Below, piece after piece: positions 1 through 10,622 of a stretch of 19,110 bases of DNA. The position numbers were made by a program, and so were the translations under genes. Within the stretch, counting starts at the first letter, position 1. Every line of letters begins with the position of its first letter. The notes below the pieces were generated by a model. It did not search any database. It saw only the letters and a program-made list of their open reading frames with translations, and was not told where the DNA came from. The stretch comes from Octopus sinensis. Its lineage: Eukaryota. Location: assembly GCF_006345805.1 (NCBI RefSeq), contig NW_021824336.1, forward strand, positions 1-19,110, read 5' to 3'.

Positions 1-468
1 TATATATTAGAAAGGATGCTGTGATGTAGAAGATATATTCATCCACACTACAAAATGTATGTAAGTGGATGTTCTGTTCATTGTAAGCATAACAATTGGG
101 TAAAGAGAAAAGAAAAGTGTGAACAGGATCAGAAATCAAAGATTATAGCAACTGTACAACATAAGGCAACTGCAAACAAAAACATAGTGCTGAACTATTG
201 AGAGATCTACACGTATATTACAGCCGACCTATGAATTCAAATAGTTACCTTCAACTATGAGACACTGGTTTATATAACTAATTGCTTCAGGGCCAAAACT
301 TGGAGAGCTGGACTTAACCAATAACCAGAAACAGCATGACTTCTAGAAATTAGATTTAAGGGGATTCTGTGTAAATATCAATATATTCCAGCAATAAACC
401 TATGGTGTGCAAATAAGATTGCCTAAACCACACACACGCACATTATATGATATATATATATATATTAC

Positions 469-488
469 AGATAGATAGATAGATAGAT

Positions 489-537
<49 letters not shown>

Positions 538-564
538 GATGATAGATAGATAGATAGATAGATA
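469..564 (+). repeat. (GATA)n microsatellite, slightly interrupted
   Basis: Long AGAT/GATA run, preceded by a short (TA)n. It explains the LSIY tract of the 443..721 ORF. Confidence 0.97.
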
Positions 565-919
565 TAAGTTCAAATATACAGATCATACAGGCATACATAT
601 TCAATACATGTGAGAGTATATAGAAATACATGTGAAATTTATAGAAAACAAAAGACGAAGTCGTGTATGAACTAGCAACATATCTACATATATATACAAA
701 TAGATAGATAAATACATACATACATACTTATATACATACATAAATACATTCATACATATACGTAAGTATGTATTCTCGTATATGTGTTATAATATGCGTT
801 TATGTAAGCATGTACATATAGATATATGAATGCGTATATGATTATACACGTATACCAATATATGTATGAGAGGGTTTGCATGTATGTGAGTGTGTCTGTG
901 TGTCTTTGTGTTTGTGTGC

Positions 920-935
920 ATAATATATATATGTA

Positions 936-1001
<66 letters not shown>

Positions 1002-1005
1002 TATA
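920..1005. repeat. (TA)n microsatellite
   Basis: Near-pure TA dinucleotide run. Confidence 0.97.
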
Positions 1006-1102
1006 TGCGCTTCGTATGTATAAACTTATATGTACTAATATATCACCTATGGCTTTCGTTCTTTGTTAAATCACCAATAATACTTGCTCTTTTCTCAGGC
1101 AG

Positions 1103-1178
1103 GCTCTCGCTCTCTGTCTCTTTTTCTCGCTATTCCCCCCTCTTTCTCTCTCTCTCCTCTCGCTCTCTCTCTCTCTCC
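1103..1178 (+). repeat. (CT)n-rich polypyrimidine tract
   Basis: Interrupted CT repeats with CTCG variants. Confidence 0.85.
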
Positions 1179-1741
1179 TGTACAATTCTACGTAGTAGGC
1201 GGAATACTTTTTCTTCAAGAAACCAGGAATCAATAGTTACATTTGTTCGTGTTTTTTTTTTTTGTTGGTTGTTTCAATCAAACAAACAACAAAAAAAGAA
1301 AGAAGAATCTCTCTGAGTTCATGCGCGTTTTTTTTTTTTTCCTTGATAAATCTCTTTGTGTATAAGTATACTTATATGTATTTTAGCTATTGAGTATGAG
1401 TAGATTTGTTACTCGTTTACCGTTTCTTTGATAGATTGGTTAGTCAGTTGGTCGTTCGGGTTGTTGGCATGCTGGATGGCTGGTTCTACATACTCACATA
1501 CATACAAACATACATTTACATATATGTGTTTGTGCGTGTGTATTTATATATGTAGCTCATATTCATGTGCACATGTGTATGTATGCGACTGCGCTTTCTC
1601 CATTTCTTTTCCTACATTATTTATAATACGGAAGCTACCATATCGTTTCGGTTTTTTACTGTTTGTACCTTCACTGTAGCAAAAATAATTAAGACACCAA
1701 CAAGTAAAGTAAATACGTTTCTGCTTTGTATTTGTGTGTAT

Positions 1742-1746
1742 TATTA

Positions 1747-1797
<51 letters not shown>

Positions 1798-1835
1798 CAT
1801 TATATTATTATTATTATCATTATTATTATTATTAT
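1742..1835 (+). repeat. (ATT)n microsatellite
   Basis: Long ATT run directly 5' of the SINE trimer. Confidence 0.97.
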
Positions 1836-1838
1836 GAT

Positions 1839-2380
1839 AAGGCGGCGAGCTGGCAGAAATGTTAGCACTCCGAGCGAAATGCTTAGCAGTATTTCGTTTG
1901 CCGTTACGTTCTGAGTACAAATTCCGCTAAGGTCGACTTCGCCTTTCAGCCTTTCGGGGTCGATAAATTAAGTTGTCCAATCTATGTTTAGCCCACTGTG
2001 GGTAGTAAAGAAATAGGTATTTCGTCTGCATTTACGTTCTGAGTACAAATTCCGCCGAGGTCGAATTTGCCCTTCAATCTTTTAGGGGCAGATAAATTAA
2101 GTACCAGTTACGCACTGGTGTCGATATAATCGATTCTAATCCATTTGTCTGTCCTTGTTTGTCCACTCTATGTTTAACCCACGGTGGGTAGTAAAGAAAT
2201 AGGTATTTCATCTGCCGCTACGTTCTGAGTTCAGATGCCGCCGAAGTCAACTTTGCCTCTCAGCCTTTCAGGGTCGATAAATTAAGTACCAGTTACGCAC
2301 TGGGGTTGATGTAATCAACTTAATCCCTTTGTATGTCCTTGTTTGTCCCCTCTATGTTTAGCCCCTTGTGGGCAATAAAT
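1839..2380 (+). mobile_element. tRNA-derived SINE, family A (Meta-domain-like centre), head-to-tail trimer
   Basis: tRNA-like head GGCGGCGAGCTGGCAGAAATGTTAG with A-box-like and B-box-like (GAGTACAAATTCC / GAGTTCAGATGCC) motifs. Central GCCTTTCAGCCTTTCGGGGTCGATAAATTAAGTACCAG and tail GTGGGTAGTAAAGAAATA. Units start at about 1839, 2016 and 2202. Confidence 0.88.
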
Positions 2381-3329
2381 ATGTGGCGGATACTTATGAA
2401 GAGCAGTGCAATTTTTTTTATGAGTAATTATTGTTTTTGCAATTTAGCTTTAATCGGGCAGACATACATCAACAGCTGCCCAACCATAAACTGTTCTATT
2501 TCAATTCAAGGACAAAATACTCAGAGCTACATTATTCCAGTTTTCTTAGTATGGCATATTCTGGTAGAACCTCTTTGTTATATTCAGAGTAAGAAAGCTG
2601 TGAATGTTACGTGAAAGTAATATTTCCTTTGAAATTTCTTTAAGCAGCTTGCATGGCGAGGTTTTACAGAAGAGCTGTCATTTTTCTGAAGTCCTTATGT
2701 TGTGTTTGTTCTTGTTGATGATGCACCTGTTGTTGTTAATTATCCGGAGGCTAATCTTGATTGAGTGCACTTATACTACAAGGCACTCTACCATAGTCGT
2801 GCTGTTTCTTTATTCCTTACTGTTTTTGAAGCACAACATTTTCAAAAATCATTTATCTACACTGATTTGATGGAGATATGGTAGCTATATTTGGTAAACC
2901 GTTTGACCACTTAAGGTTGGCTCATCTCTTTTCTTGTGATTGCCTGTGGTGTACATTCAGCTAGAAATTAAAGTCCACCGATGCAATAACTATTGAGAGA
3001 AGATGAACTTAGCATCGCAGGACAACAAAACAATTATGAAATATATTACTGAACTGCATTCGTTATATCATATAATAACGTATAACTCAACTATAGAAAT
3101 AATCTGTTTATAATGACTAGATATACAGGCCCATAAACGCAGACAAGTGTTTCTTCAAAAGCAAAGTTAACAGCGCAGTACAGCAACTATGATGTTAATG
3201 TACATCATTTCGAAAGCAAACAGTTTTTACATAAATATTGCGTCACGGAACACAGAAACTTGATGAAAATTTATGAAACAAGTAAAGAAAGAAATCATTA
3301 GAAAAGCCCAGACTGTGGTACAGAGATTC

Positions 3330-3540
3330 TACACTATATACACACACATACATACATACATACATAAATTTATGCATACATACTCTACATGCATAAATAT
3401 ATATAGAGAGAGATAGATACACTATATATACACACATATATAAATACATGTATGCATATATATATATCAAACACATACATAGATAAGTAGGATAATGTAT
3501 ATATATATATATAATACGTATTTATATATATATATATACG

Positions 3541-3584
<44 letters not shown>

Positions 3585-3669
3585 GCATATATATATGTGT
3601 ATATATATACATATATATATATACATATATATACATATATATACATATACATATGTATGTATATACATA
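3330..3669. repeat. compound (TA)n/(TACA)n/(CA)n microsatellite
   Basis: Interrupted TA-dominated array abutting a 5'-truncated SINE. Confidence 0.92.
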
Positions 3670-3935
3670 GGAAACTGAAAGAAGCCCGTCGTTTATATGT
3701 ATATATATATATGTGTGTGTGTGTATGCTTGCATGTTTGTTTTTGTCCCCCAACATCGCTTGACAACCGATGCTGGTGTGTTTATGTGCCCGTAAATTAG
3801 CGGTTCGGCAAAAGAGACCGATAGAATAAGTACTAGACTTACAAAGAACAAATCCTGGGGTCGATTTCTTCGACTAAGGGCGTCCTCCATCATGGCCGCA
3901 GTCAAATGACTGAAACAAGTAAAAGAGTAAAGAGT
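3670..3935 (+). mobile_element. SINE family B (CORE-type), 3' half only
   Basis: GGAAACTGAAAGAAGCCCGTCG, then an internal TA/TG microsatellite, then CTTGACAACCGATGCTGGTGTGTTT...GATAGAATAAGTACTAG...CATGGCCGCAGTC...AAGTAAAAGAGTAAAGAG. Aligns to the copies at 7115, 13413 and 15939. Confidence 0.88.
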
Positions 3936-4874
3936 ATATATACACGCGCAACCACTATCTGGCTATTTGCCACTGTACGACATTAATTCTCAATAAGATT
4001 AAAGTGTACGCCACAGCTAATTTAAATATCTGATTACATTGCAATACATCTGAGTCACCATCGAAATATCATACTATTTGCAGACATCACCAATTCATTT
4101 ATCCCTTCTTATAAAGCATAACAGGGATAAAATATGCACTTTAATCGATAAGTTCTGGATCAAGGCACATGACACGCATTACCCAAAGTGGTCAGCCAGT
4201 CGTAATATAATATGGCTTTATGTCAGTAACGCTGGCAATAGAAAATAAAAAGATATCACATGAGATTTTAGGGGGTAGTGATTTCATCCCTTAGGAAAAG
4301 CTGTCTGCGATTGACTGCCATTCATGCCAGGAAATGTTTAGTCTCAGATTTGCCTAATTGTGCTGCATCAGCGTTGAGCTCCATCAGAAAATATTAGATA
4401 TATTATAAGGAGAGGTTTATCTCAGATATATCTACGAAAATGAATGCGAATTCTTGACTATGACGATATATGCGCCTTTATCTTCGTGCTTATGTACGTG
4501 TATATATATATATATATATATACCTATATATACATGTGTATATGTATGTTTGTATGTATATGATTATGTACATAAGCTATCATATATACGTGTGTGTATG
4601 TGTGTATGAATGTATACAAACTCACACAGCTATATATATATATATATGGAGAGAGTGAAAGACCATTACTGGTCGGCTTTCTGCAGTATGTGGGATCGAT
4701 CAAAGATGGTGAGCATAAATTCCTTTTTCTTATGATAAAGTTAGGTGATTATTTTCTTCATTTCTATATACATCCACGTTTTTTTTCTACTTACTCCCTG
4801 ATAGAAGAGTAAATGGCATGAAATTTCCACTTTCGAAGCCGCGACTGGATCGTCAGACCCCACGAATACGAACA

Positions 4875-5015
4875 TAGAGATATAGGTAGAAAGATAGGCA
4901 GACAGACACACGATAGATAGACAGATAGATATGTTTCTTTATTAGCCACACAGGGCTGCACACAGACGAGATAGATAGATAAAGGGAGGGAGAGGGAGAT
5001 AACACATATATACAT

Positions 5016-5083
<68 letters not shown>

Positions 5084-5235
5084 GTAGGTAGGTAGGTAGG
5101 TAGGTAGGTGGGTAGGTAGGTAGGTAGGTAGGTAGGTAGGTAGACAATCAGACAGACAGACAGACAGGCAAACAGGCAGGCAGACAGACAGACAAATAGA
5201 CAGACAGACAGACAGACAGATAGATAGATAGATAG
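4875..5235 (+). repeat. compound tetranucleotide microsatellite (GATA)n-(GGTA)n-(GACA)n-(GATA)n
   Basis: Blocks at about 5017-5082 GATA, 5083-5143 GGTA, 5150-5219 GACA, then GATA. Confidence 0.95.
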
Positions 5236-5269
5236 ACTGAAGAATGCAATTTCTGTGCCCAATATATGA

Positions 5270-5365
5270 AATTAGTCAATTGAAGCCACTGACTCAAGGT
5301 TTTGCACATTGAGATTGAACCTGGAATCATGTCGTTACAACAAACATTTTCACTGTATATCATGA
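5270..5365 (-). mobile_element. degenerate SINE head fragment
   Basis: ACTCAAGG...GAGATTGAACCTGGAATCATGTCGTT resembles the reverse complement of the family B tRNA-head/CORE segment. Highly diverged. Confidence 0.45.
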
Positions 5366-5909
5366 CCTCATTTCTACCTTAAAGTAATATGATCCTTTTC
5401 CTTGATGAAATATCACAGTTTACTCTAGTTTGGTTTGATATCGATGCATACGTTCACATACATAAGCCTAAAGAGCTATTTACTCCGAGGCTCAACCCTT
5501 CCTGCCAAGTATAACCACTCCACTCCTGGATGGAATCTAGGACTTTCTAGTATGAACGCTTTCAATAAGCATTATTGGTTCAATGAGAACGTCGGCTATT
5601 GAGAATTGAACTTGGGTCACGAACTCAATCCGCATTAATTTTTCCACGGCACCAAGATGGCCAACAATAGCAATAAATAACCGATCATTAGAGATATGGG
5701 AATGTCTCTCTCTGGGCTATTTAGATATCAGTTTTTATTCAATAATATTTGTAGAGTCTTTATTTTTGTTTTTTAATTATTTGTATTCATGTATTGGAGA
5801 TATCAAGACGAGAGTAATAAATTAAGACTAAAAGCGTTTACATCGATATCAGAGCTATCTCTTTTTTGCCCCCTTTTCTTTGTTTGTTTATATCTGTGTA
5901 CGATATAAG

Positions 5910-5911
<2 letters not shown>

Positions 5912-5944
<33 letters not shown>

Positions 5945-6094
5945 ATATATAAACATATATATATACCTTTACACATATTTCTATGTATATATATATATAT
6001 ACATATATATATACATATGCATACACATATATGTGTGTATATGTACACACCAACACACATATATTCATATATATATTTATATATATATATTATA

Positions 6095-6132
<38 letters not shown>

Positions 6133-6201
6133 CGCACATATATATGTATATATTATATATAATATATACATACACATATATTGTGTATATGTACACACAG
6201 A

Positions 6202-6258
<57 letters not shown>

Positions 6259-6288
6259 ATATATGTTTGTATGTATGTATGTATGTAT
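5912..6288. repeat. long interrupted (TA)n/(TACA)n microsatellite
   Basis: About 380 bp TA-dominated array, source of several spurious YIYI ORFs. Confidence 0.95.
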
Positions 6289-6576
6289 GATCGAGCTTCT
6301 GTATATGTATGTATGCCACTCTTAATATGTCATAATATCAAAAAAAAATATCCAAGAAATGATCAATGTCTTTATAAAATAAGAACGACAGTAGCAACAA
6401 TAACCCTATGCTCTAGAAGTTAAGAGAGAAGAACACAGAGAGAAAGAAAAAGGTCGGAGGAAAGATTTTCAAAAAATCAGCGAATGTAATCTCTTTTGAA
6501 GAACATTCTCCGAAAAAATCTTTGGTCTTCATATATAAAATTTTGGAACAACAACTAAAGTATTATGTTGTTGGCA

Positions 6577-6578
<2 letters not shown>

Positions 6579-6616
<38 letters not shown>
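6579..6616 (+). repeat. (TG)n microsatellite
   Basis: Pure TG run. Confidence 0.97.
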
Positions 6617-6617
<1 letters not shown>

Positions 6618-6769
6618 GTGAGTGTGTGTGTGTGTGAGCGTGCGGGTGTATGTGCGCGCATATGAATGTGTGCGTGTGTGTACGTGTGTGTGTCTATGTA
6701 TATGCGCATACAAGCGTTACAATATACTAGCTTCATCTACTTCTGTATACATACACTCGTATATAACAT

Positions 6770-7022
6770 ATGTATATATATATGTACATATATATATATA
6801 TATATATATGTGTTGTGTGTGTGTGGTGTGTAATGTTGTAGGTATATGTGCATATATTATATATACAATAATATAATATCATGCATATATATATAGATAT
6901 ATATATATCTATATATATATAATATTATATATATATATACATATATATATATACATATACATACATATATAATATATATATAGAGAGAGAGAGAGAGTTA
7001 ACAGATATGACTGAAATAAATA

Positions 7023-7055
<33 letters not shown>
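6770..7055. repeat. interrupted (TA)n with short (GA)n
   Basis: TA-dominated arrays with a GA block near 6982-6997. Confidence 0.9.
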
Positions 7056-7057
<2 letters not shown>

Positions 7058-7114
7058 GTGTGTATGTTCTATCTACGTATGTATGTATGTGTGTATGTAT
7101 ACATTATATGTGTG

Positions 7115-7406
7115 TAGGGTGTGTGTGTGTGTGGTAATTTTTTTTCTTTCCCAACCACATGATACCCGTTTCCATCTCACTGCTCGATCGTTTGGGTAAG
7201 TATCTTCTACTTTAGACCCGCGCTGATCAGAGCTTGTTGGTAGGCTTAGTAGAAAGAAACTGAAATCTGCATATCGTTTATAAATATATGTGTATGTATA
7301 TGCGTGTGTGATTGCGCCCGCTTGGCAACCGGTGTTGGTATGTTTACGCCCCCGTTACTTAGAGGTTCGAGAAAAAGGGTCAGTAGAATTAGTGCCAAGA
7401 TTTTAA
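7115..7406 (+). mobile_element. SINE family B, diverged and 3'-truncated
   Basis: GTGGTAA...TTCCCAACCACATG...TTGGGTAAGTATCTTCTAC...GAAACTGAAA...CTTGGCAACCGGTGTTGGTATGTTTACG...ACTTAGAGGTTCG, colinear with other B copies. Stops where the Penelope-like segment begins. Confidence 0.8.
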
Positions 7407-7716
7407 ATTAATTTTAGTTTTTTAAACTTTTCAATTAAGTTTAGACATTTCTTGGGTTGATCTTCATTCTTCTTTCGAGTAATCGTTTAACCTGATAGAT
7501 TTAGAGGTAGTTCTATATTTATTTGCCAAGGTCATTTTGATCCCTCATTTTATATGTTCCCCTCCTCCTCCCCTTCCTTCTCCCCCTCTCTCCCCCCTCC
7601 TCTTCTCCCCGTCCCCCTTCTCCTCCCCCATTCTCCTCTCTCCACACTACACCACACGACTTTACACATCACATCATATATGATGTGCCATACTAATACA
7701 TACACCAACTAATATA

Positions 7717-7939
7717 TACTAATACATACTAATACATACACCAACCCTATACATACACACGTCCAGACCTCTCATACGCACTAATACTCTCTCATACACA
7801 CACACACACACACACCCTTATACATACTAATACGTACTAATACATACTAATACATACACCAACCCTATACATACACACGTCCAGACCTCTCATACGCACT
7901 AATACTCTCTCATACACAAACACACACACACAGCCTTAT
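7717..7939 (+). repeat. tandem duplication, period 118 bp
   Basis: TACTAATACATACTAATACATACACCAACCCTATACATACACACGTCCAGACCTCTCATACGCACTAATACTCTCTCATACAC... occurs at 7717 and 7835, near-identical. Confidence 0.93.
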
Positions 7940-8102
7940 GTTGGAGCTGGTCATTCAACCCTATTATCTCCCCTAATTTCGCTCTCGCGTCTCATGTTTG
8001 ATTTTTGACTTCTGGCCGAAATCAGATCGCCATGTTGATTCGTTAGTTACTGCACGCATTTTTTTTCTCTCCTTCTTTCTGTATTTTTTTTCTCTCTGTG
8101 TA

Positions 8103-8140
8103 TCTTTCTGTTGAAGAGCGTAGGCTCGAAACGTTAAAGA
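8103..8140 (+). ncRNA. minimal type I hammerhead ribozyme-like motif (PLE type)
   Basis: Helix I TCTTT(8103-07)/AAAGA(8136-40); core CTGTTGA(8108-14) plus one extra A; helix II GAGC-gtag-GCTC(8116-27); GAAA(8128-31); palindromic ACGT helix III (8131-34); predicted cleavage after GUU at 8135. The core has an A6->U deviation. Confidence 0.6.
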
Positions 8141-8904
8141 CTTGTTTTATTTATATTTCCTGAGCGCCATACTAATACAATTGTTTGTTTGTTTTCCACC
8201 TGCCTTCGTCTTTTGTCTATTTTCATAAAGCTTCCCGTTATATATGTACATATATGTGTGTGCGTGTGTGTCTCTCTCTCTGTATGCTTGTGTGCGTGTA
8301 TATATGTATGCATGTGTGTGTGTATACTGCCAAGGTGATTACTAGAGAGTAGATAACCAAATAATGTGTGTATGCCACAAGACCCCTGATTAACTTGCGC
8401 TAATAACTTAAAACTCAGTTACCTTATATCAGATTAAATATAAGACTCTCATGTACCTTCACATAAGAATAAGTTACAATACAGACGAGTAGCCCTAGCA
8501 CCATACCAAACAGTACAAATCACTACACAACTAGAATTATGAATAGACATAACATCGATACACTGAAGAGCAAGAATATGAGACGTATAAACAACTACAT
8601 AGATTCACGTTAATGACAATTTAAATAAACATGGATATCTCGCAATAGTTGCCGTGAGACTGAAGAGTTAAATATTTATGGGAATATGGTCACTGGAGAT
8701 ACAGTACAAAAAGTATTAATATGTGGCTGTGAACATCTTTTATTTATATAGTTTGTCAAACAAAATGTGCTCTCCTTTCATCTATATCGTGATCACGAAC
8801 GAAAATCACTCACATCTATGTTCGCACATATATACAAATACAAACACACACAGAGATATACACAGATGAATGTTCGAGGTAGAAAGACGAAAAGGCAGAC
8901 AGGC

Positions 8905-8915
8905 AGATGCATAGA

Positions 8916-8955
<40 letters not shown>

Positions 8956-9000
8956 TAGACAGACAGACAGACAGACAGACATACAGATAGATAGGTAGAT
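8905..9000 (+). repeat. compound (GATA)n-(GACA)n microsatellite
   Basis: GATA block followed by GACA block. Confidence 0.93.
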
Positions 9001-9084
9001 GGATGTGCTTGCGTTTGTCTGTCTCTATATTACTTAATATTAACTATATAACTCTTGTAACATAAGAGAAACATATTACAAATA

Positions 9085-9197
9085 TATATCCTGTATATAT
9101 AATATATATATATATATATATACATACATATATATATACGCGTATATATATATATATATTATATATATATATATATTATATATATATATATATATAA
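9085..9197. repeat. (TA)n microsatellite, interrupted
   Basis: TA array on the left flank of the 9196-9522 AT-rich segment. Confidence 0.93.
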
Positions 9198-9518
9198 CTT
9201 ATAAACAAGAGCAACAGAAAAATTTTTTCAATTTTTCAATTGCCCTTGTTTATAAATTGTTTACAATTTTAACCTTTAAAGGTATTTTAACATGCTGCCA
9301 CTTTTGATGAAATTTTTTCTGAAACAAATTTTATCCTATATTTGTAGTATTTACAGATATATATATATAATATTTTCGGTATGTGGTTTAAGCAACTTGT
9401 TGCAATTAACTCTTTATTATAATTATATATAATCCTTACCGAATATGGTATTTTCCATACCGAAAAAACTACTAGGTGAAAATTATTAATTTTATTAAAT
9501 TAATTATATTTCACACCT

Positions 9519-9522
<4 letters not shown>

Positions 9523-9602
<80 letters not shown>
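9523..9602. repeat. (TA)n microsatellite
   Basis: Near-pure TA run of about 80 bp. Confidence 0.97.
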
Positions 9603-10079
9603 GCTCCACACTCGAACCGATTTGAAATGGAAACTGTCCACGTTCTTCACTATTCAAACTAATATCATATTACTTGCTCAGTTTTTGGTGTAAGAAACCT
9701 GTTACTTACACATGTAGACAATTTAAAGATTAGAGTGAAAACCCTGCATGTTGCACATGTTGGTATTTCAGGTGTTATGTTATCATTCTTGACCATCTTC
9801 TTTTTGGAGAAACTGGAGTGAACTAAACGATAGAAAATACGTATTTTTACACCCAGTAGTGATAATATTTGGCAAAAGTAGATCTGATTAATAAATCGAT
9901 CTAACGAAATAATTTCATTACCAACTACGTGACTAGCACAGTGGCGTAATAAAGTCTGCTCTAAGCTGCCATCTACAACAATTTGTCTCGCCTAAATTAA
10001 ATGGATACGAAGCCTACGAAGAGAAGATAAAGACAAGGCAACGAAAATATAGATATTGTCGACGGAAGGAGTGGGTGAT

Positions 10080-10440
10080 AACGGTTATGATGGTGGTGGT
10101 GATGATGATGACGATGATGGATAATGGTGATAACGGTGCTGATTGTAATAGTAATGGGGTTGGTGGAGGTGAATGTAATGGACATTGTTGTATTCAGTAG
10201 AAAATGTTTGTGGTGGTGTTATTCGTAGTAATGGTGGAGGTGAAGGTAACGGTAGTGGCGGTACTGGTGCTTATGGCCTTCGCGGTGGTGGTGGCGTCGG
10301 TGGCGGTGGTGGTGGCGTCGGTGGCGGTGGTGGCAGTGGTGACAGCTTTGGTGGGTGGGGGTATTGGTGGTGGTTGTGGTGGCAGCGTTGGCGGCGGTGG
10401 TGATGGTGGTGGCGGTGGTGGTGGTGATTGTGGTGGTAAG
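10080..10440 (+). repeat. degenerate trinucleotide low-complexity tract (GGT/GAT/GTA/GGC)
   Basis: Period-3 G-rich array including two adjacent copies of GGTGGTGGTGGCGTCGGTGGC. Confidence 0.85.
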
Positions 10441-10538
10441 GATGACAGATGGAATGATTGTTTTATTTTTTTTTTGCGAACGTGAAGAATACATCCATAG
10501 CATCTCAAGTATGATGGATTGTTCATGACAACGTTCTT

Positions 10539-10605
<67 letters not shown>

Positions 10606-10622
10606 CAGCAGCAGCAGCAGCA
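10539..10622 (+). repeat. (GTA)n-(GCA)n compound trinucleotide repeat
   Basis: Pure TAG run to about 10605, switching to a CAG run. Confidence 0.97.

Larger units (their letters stand above)
7407..8240 (+). mobile_element. probable Penelope-like element (PLE) non-coding pLTR/UTR fragment
   Basis: Contains a PLE-type minimal hammerhead motif, low-complexity C/T and CA tracts, an internal 118-bp-period duplication and a 14-bp direct repeat GCCATACTAATACA (7687-7700, 8166-8179). No RT or GIY-YIG ORF is visible, and the boundaries are approximate. Confidence 0.5.

Noticed and set aside
2333-2870. Two adjacent plus-strand ORFs and a VLVDDAP motif reminiscent of pogo-type DDE transposases
   Set aside because: The first ORF starts in a SINE tail. 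The motif frame has several stops and no further DDE motifs.
4687-4708. 22-nt plus-strand microexon (TTTCTGCAG|...|GTGAGC)
   Set aside because: Short polypyrimidine tract, non-triplet length and no recognisable peptide. Expected by chance in 19 kb.
443-7055. Many ORFs rich in [12 protein letters not shown] or poly-I/Y
   Set aside because: They are translations of microsatellites, which lack stops in some frames, and carry no protein-like content.
7404-7535. Minus-strand Lys-rich reading (MTLANKY... / ...NLIEKFKKLKL) as a Penelope ORF remnant
   Set aside because: The two parts are in different frames with stops, and no diagnostic RT or GIY-YIG residues are present.
9434-9476. Second hammerhead-like layout (CCGAATA-TGG/CCA-TACCGAAA)
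   Set aside because: The core deviates at several invariant positions and helix III cannot form.
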